From positions 1 through 8,957 of the IMG/VR virus record IMGVR_UViG_2737471848_000002: a stretch of DNA of 8,957 nt, one strand, 5' to 3'. This document shows positions 5,542-8,957 of this stretch, piece after piece. This stretch comes from a virus. Lineage: Duplodnaviria > Heunggongvirae > Uroviricota > Caudoviricetes. The notes below the pieces were generated by a model that was not told where the DNA came from, ran no database searches, and worked only from the letters and a program-made list of their open reading frames with translations. The position numbers and the translations under genes were made by a program. The number at the start of each line of letters is the position of its first letter. The first letter of the stretch is position 1.

Positions 5542-6030
5542 ATGGCAGCACCAAAGGGCAACCGATTTTGGGAGGCCCGCAGTAGTCATGGGCGAAATCC
5601 TAAATTCGAATCGCCTGAGGCGCTGTGGGCTGCTTGTTGTGAATACTTCGAGTGGGCTGATGATAACCCACTATGGGAGGGTAAGGTATTTTCATATCAG
5701 GGAGAAATAATTAAGGCTAATGTCCCTAAGATGCGAGCCATGACTATTTCAGGATTGTGTACCTTCCTTGATATCACCAGGCAAACGTGGGGAACCTTCC
5801 GGTCAATGGAAGGTTTTTCTGACGTCACATCGCGAGCGGAAGACATCATCTACGACCAGAAATTCTCTGGCGCAGCCGCTGACCTTCTCAACGCTAACAT
5901 CATCGCCCGTGATTTGGGCATCAAAGAGCAGTCGCAAGTTGAAGACGTGACACCTGATAAGGGAGATCGCGATAAGCGGCGCTCTCGTATCAAGGAGCTA
6001 TTCAACCGTGGAACTGGACGCGATTCTTGA
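5542..6030 (+). CDS. Terminase small subunit, P22 gp3 type (DNA-packaging protein gp3), 162 aa
   Basis: Translation [44 protein letters not shown]... resembles the P22-like gp3 family as recalled. GTGAG Shine-Dalgarno 6 nt upstream of ATG 5542 (the track ORF starts two codons earlier at 5536). Immediately precedes and overlaps the large terminase gene. Confidence 0.8.
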   Translation: MAAPKGNRFWEARSSHGRNPKFESPEALWAACCEYFEWADDNPLWEGKVFSYQGEIIKANVPKMRAMTISGLCTFLDITRQTWGTFRSMEGFSDVTSRAEDIIYDQKFSGAAADLLNANIIARDLGIKEQSQVEDVTPDKGDRDKRRSRIKELFNRGTGRDS

Positions 6031-7507
6031 TAACTTGAGCGACGAAGAGCAAATCGAATTGCTCGAGCTACTCGAAGAAGAAGAGAACTACCGGAACACA
6101 CACCTGCTATATGAATTTACGCCATACAGCAAACAGCGTGAGTTCATCGACGCCGGGCATGACTATCCAGAGCGCTGTTTTATGGCTGGTAACCAGCTTG
6201 GTAAGTCATTTACTGGTGCTGCTGAAGTCGCATTTCACCTTACCGGGCGTTATCCGGGCACAAAAGGATATCCTGCTGATGGTAAATATGGTGGGGAGTG
6301 GAAAGGTAAGCGTTTCTATGAGCCTGTTGTCTTCTGGATTGGTGGCGAGACAAACGAGACGGTAACCAAAACGACTCAACGCATCCTGTGCGGTCGTATT
6401 GAAGAGAATGATGAACCGGGCTACGGTTCAATACCGAAAGAGGACATCATTAGCTGGAAGAAGTCTCCTTTCTTTCCGAACCTTGTTGATCACCTTCTGG
6501 TTAAGCATCACACGGCTGATGGCGTTGAAGATGGCATTTCAATCTGCTACTTCAAGCCATACTCGCAAGGTCGTGCTCGCTGGCAGGGTGACACAATCCA
6601 CGGAGTGTGGTTTGACGAAGAACCACCATACAGCATTTATGGCGAAGGGCTTACCCGTACCAACAAATACGGGCAATTCTCAATCCTGACGTTTACCCCG
6701 CTGATGGGGATGTCTGACGTTGTTACCAAGTTCCTGAAGAATCCCAGCAAGTCGCAGAAAGTGGTCAACATGACCATCTATGACGCTGAGCACTATACCG
6801 ACGAGCAGAAAGAGCAAATCATCGCATCCTATCCTGAGCATGAGAGAGAGGCGCGTGCTCGCGGTATTCCTACGATGGGTAGTGGTCGAATCTTCCAGAT
6901 ACCGGAAGAGACGATTAAGTGTCAGCCGTTCGAGTGTCCTGATCACTTCTACGTAATTGGCGGTATGGATTTCGGATGGGATCACCCGCAGGCGCAGGTT
7001 CAGCTTTGGTGGGATAAGGACGCAGACACAATCTACGTTTCACGCGTGTGGAAGGCGAAAGAAAAGACAGCCGTTCAGGCGTGGGGAGCAGTTAAATCAT
7101 GGGCGCATAAAGTGCCAACCGCATGGCCTCATGACGGAAACCAGCACGAGAAGGGTGGCGGTGAGCAGCTCAAAGGGCAGTATGCAGACGCTGGATTTAT
7201 GATGTTGCAGGAGCATGCGACATGGCCTGATGGCGGTAATGCTGTTGAGCCTGGCATCACTGAATTGCGCGACATGATGCTTGATGGTCGCTTCAAAGTA
7301 TTCAACACCTGTGAGCCATTCTTTGAGGAGTTCCGCCTCTATCACCGTGATGAAAACGGGAAGATCGTCAAGCTTAACGACGACGTTCTCTCAGCCGTTC
7401 GCTATGCATACATGATGCGCCGCTTCGCAAAAATGATGCGCGACATCAAAAAACCAAAAGAGAAAAAGATACCAGCCCCAATCAGGCCCATCGCACGGAG
7501 AACTTAA
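6008..7507 (+). CDS. Terminase large subunit, P22 gp2 type (headful packaging ATPase/nuclease), 499 aa
   Basis: 499-aa ORF starting at GTG 6008 (no in-frame ATG for about 58 codons), with AGGAG at 5993-5997. Acidic N-terminus [18 protein letters not shown], Walker-A-like GNQLGKS, and length and sequence matching P22 gp2 as recalled. Overlaps the terS 3' end by 23 nt. Confidence 0.9.
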   Translation: MELDAILDNLSDEEQIELLELLEEEENYRNTHLLYEFTPYSKQREFIDAGHDYPERCFMAGNQLGKSFTGAAEVAFHLTGRYPGTKGYPADGKYGGEWKGKRFYEPVVFWIGGETNETVTKTTQRILCGRIEENDEPGYGSIPKEDIISWKKSPFFPNLVDHLLVKHHTADGVEDGISICYFKPYSQGRARWQGDTIHGVWFDEEPPYSIYGEGLTRTNKYGQFSILTFTPLMGMSDVVTKFLKNPSKSQKVVNMTIYDAEHYTDEQKEQIIASYPEHEREARARGIPTMGSGRIFQIPEETIKCQPFECPDHFYVIGGMDFGWDHPQAQVQLWWDKDADTIYVSRVWKAKEKTAVQAWGAVKSWAHKVPTAWPHDGNQHEKGGGEQLKGQYADAGFMMLQEHATWPDGGNAVEPGITELRDMMLDGRFKVFNTCEPFFEEFRLYHRDENGKIVKLNDDVLSAVRYAYMMRRFAKMMRDIKKPKEKKIPAPIRPIARRT

Positions 7508-8957
7508 ATGGCCGACGAAAACAGACTCAATTCCATTCTGTGTAAGTTTGACGCAGACTGGATGGCGAGCGATGAAGCCAGAACCGAGGCGACAAATGAC
7601 CTGTATTTTAGCCGAGTGTCGCAATGGGATGACTGGCTATCAAACTACACCACCCTGCAATATCGCGGACAATTCGATGTTGTCCGCCCGGTGGTCAGGA
7701 AGCTGGTCGCAGAGATGCGCCGGAACCCTATCGACGTTCTCTTCCGACCAAAAGACGGTGCTAATCCTGATGCAGCCGATGTGTTGATGGGAATGTATCG
7801 TACTGATATGCGCCATAACACGGCAAAGATTGCCGTTAACGTTGGAGTTCGTGAGCAGATAGAGTCCGGCGTTGGTGCATGGCGTCTGCTCACGCAGTAC
7901 GAAGACAACGACCCAACAAGCAACAATCAGGTAATCCGACGCCTTCCAATCCATGAAGCCTGCTCACACGTCATATGGGATGCCAACAGCAAGCAGATGG
8001 ATAAGAGCGACGCCAAGCACTGCACGGTGATTAACGCCTTGTCACGCAATGGTTGGAAAGAGTTCGCAGAGGATTACGGCATTGATCCTGACACGCTGCC
8101 ATCTTTCCAGAATCCGAACGATACATGGCTGTTTCCGTGGGTATCGAATGATGTCGTCTACGTCGCTGAGTATTACGAGGTCGAAGAGAAGAAAGAGAAA
8201 GTCTTCATCTACCGCGACCCGCTGACAGGTGAGCCGGTCAGCTATTACCAGCAGGATATCAAAGACGTCATCGATGACCTGGCTAATCGTGGATTCATTA
8301 AGGTAGCAGAGCGTAAGGTCAAGCGTCGGCGTGTGTATAAGTCGATCATCACCTGCACGCAGATACTGAAAGACCGCGAGAAGATAGCCGGAGAGCATAT
8401 TCCAATCGTTCCAGTATATGGCGAATGGTCATTCGCTGGTGACAAGGAGTGCTACGAAGGAGTGGTAAGGCTGACGAAAGACGGTCAACGCCTTCGTAAC
8501 ATGATCATGTCATTCAACGCCGATATTGTTGCTCGTTCACCGAAGAAGAAACCGACTTTCTTCCCTGAGCAAATCGAAGGCTACGAATACATGTACGGTG
8601 GAAATGATGACTATCCGTACTATCTGCAGAACAGGACCGATGAAAACGGTAACGACCTGCCGATTGGTCCAATCTCCTACATGGAAAACCCTGAAGTGCC
8701 GCAAGCCAACGCTTACATGCTTGAGGCTGCCACCAACGCAGTGAAAGAGGTGGCTAGTCTTGGTGTGGATGCGCAGGCAGCAAACTCTCAGGTCGCTTTC
8801 GATACCGTCAATCAACTGAACATGCGGGCAGACCTTGAGACATACGTGTTTCAGGATAACCTGGCTACCGCAATGCGACGTGATGGCGAGATTTATGCCT
8901 CAATGGTCAACGATATTTATGACGTTCCTCGTCATGTAATGTCAACGACGGATGAAA
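7508..8957 (+). CDS. Portal protein, P22 gp1 type; 5' partial (N-terminal ~483 codons, continues beyond the right window edge)
   Basis: ATG at 7508 directly after the terL stop (TAA 7505-7507). The frame stays open to the window end, which is why it is absent from the ORF track. Translation [18 protein letters not shown]...[34 protein letters not shown]...[22 protein letters not shown]...[25 protein letters not shown] is collinear with the P22 portal as recalled. Confidence 0.9.
   Translation, partial: MADENRLNSILCKFDADWMASDEARTEATNDLYFSRVSQWDDWLSNYTTLQYRGQFDVVRPVVRKLVAEMRRNPIDVLFRPKDGANPDAADVLMGMYRTDMRHNTAKIAVNVGVREQIESGVGAWRLLTQYEDNDPTSNNQVIRRLPIHEACSHVIWDANSKQMDKSDAKHCTVINALSRNGWKEFAEDYGIDPDTLPSFQNPNDTWLFPWVSNDVVYVAEYYEVEEKKEKVFIYRDPLTGEPVSYYQQDIKDVIDDLANRGFIKVAERKVKRRRVYKSIITCTQILKDREKIAGEHIPIVPVYGEWSFAGDKECYEGVVRLTKDGQRLRNMIMSFNADIVARSPKKKPTFFPEQIEGYEYMYGGNDDYPYYLQNRTDENGNDLPIGPISYMENPEVPQANAYMLEAATNAVKEVASLGVDAQAANSQVAFDTVNQLNMRADLETYVFQDNLATAMRRDGEIYASMVNDIYDVPRHVMSTTDE

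Noticed and set aside
6111-7345. Multiple + and - strand ORFs of 63-101 aa inside the large terminase gene
   Set aside because: All lie within a 499-aa ORF that matches a terminase large subunit along its entire length; alternative-frame artefacts.
7548-8815. ORFs on both strands within the portal region, including 8042-8398 (-) at 118 aa
   Set aside because: The portal frame from ATG 7508 is open to the window end and matches P22 gp1; the track omits it only because it has no stop within the window.
1-8957. CRISPR arrays or long tandem repeats
   Set aside because: No regularly spaced direct repeats were seen. The only repeated element is the two-copy hairpin-GATAATG motif, reported separately.

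Overview
This window is the late-regulatory, lysis and packaging segment of a mosaic lambdoid (P22-like) prophage from an enterobacterial host, with all phage genes on the + strand. From left to right: the end of an IS3-family insertion sequence (1-120, minus strand) cutting into the nin region; three nin genes (a YbcO-like DUF1364 protein, RusA resolvase, NinH); a lambda-type antiterminator Q; the late promoter pR' with qut; a roughly 730-bp moron cassette (hairpin, ~300-nt ORF-free leader, 91-aa orphan ORF, own terminator) in the position where Stx phages carry their toxin genes; a phage-21-type lysis cassette (dual-start pinholin, SAR endolysin, Rz with embedded Rz1); tandem terminators; three accessory genes (KilA-N protein, gp49/gp66-family protein, 80-aa orphan); and P22-type headful packaging genes (small terminase gp3, large terminase gp2 with a GTG start, and the 5' part of portal gp1). 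No rRNA, tRNA or CRISPR array was found. The best candidates for something undescribed are the Q-controlled orphan moron with its structured leader, and the accessory cluster with a twice-repeated hairpin-GATAATG element. All family assignments come from reading the translations and from recalled homologies; nothing was searched or computed.
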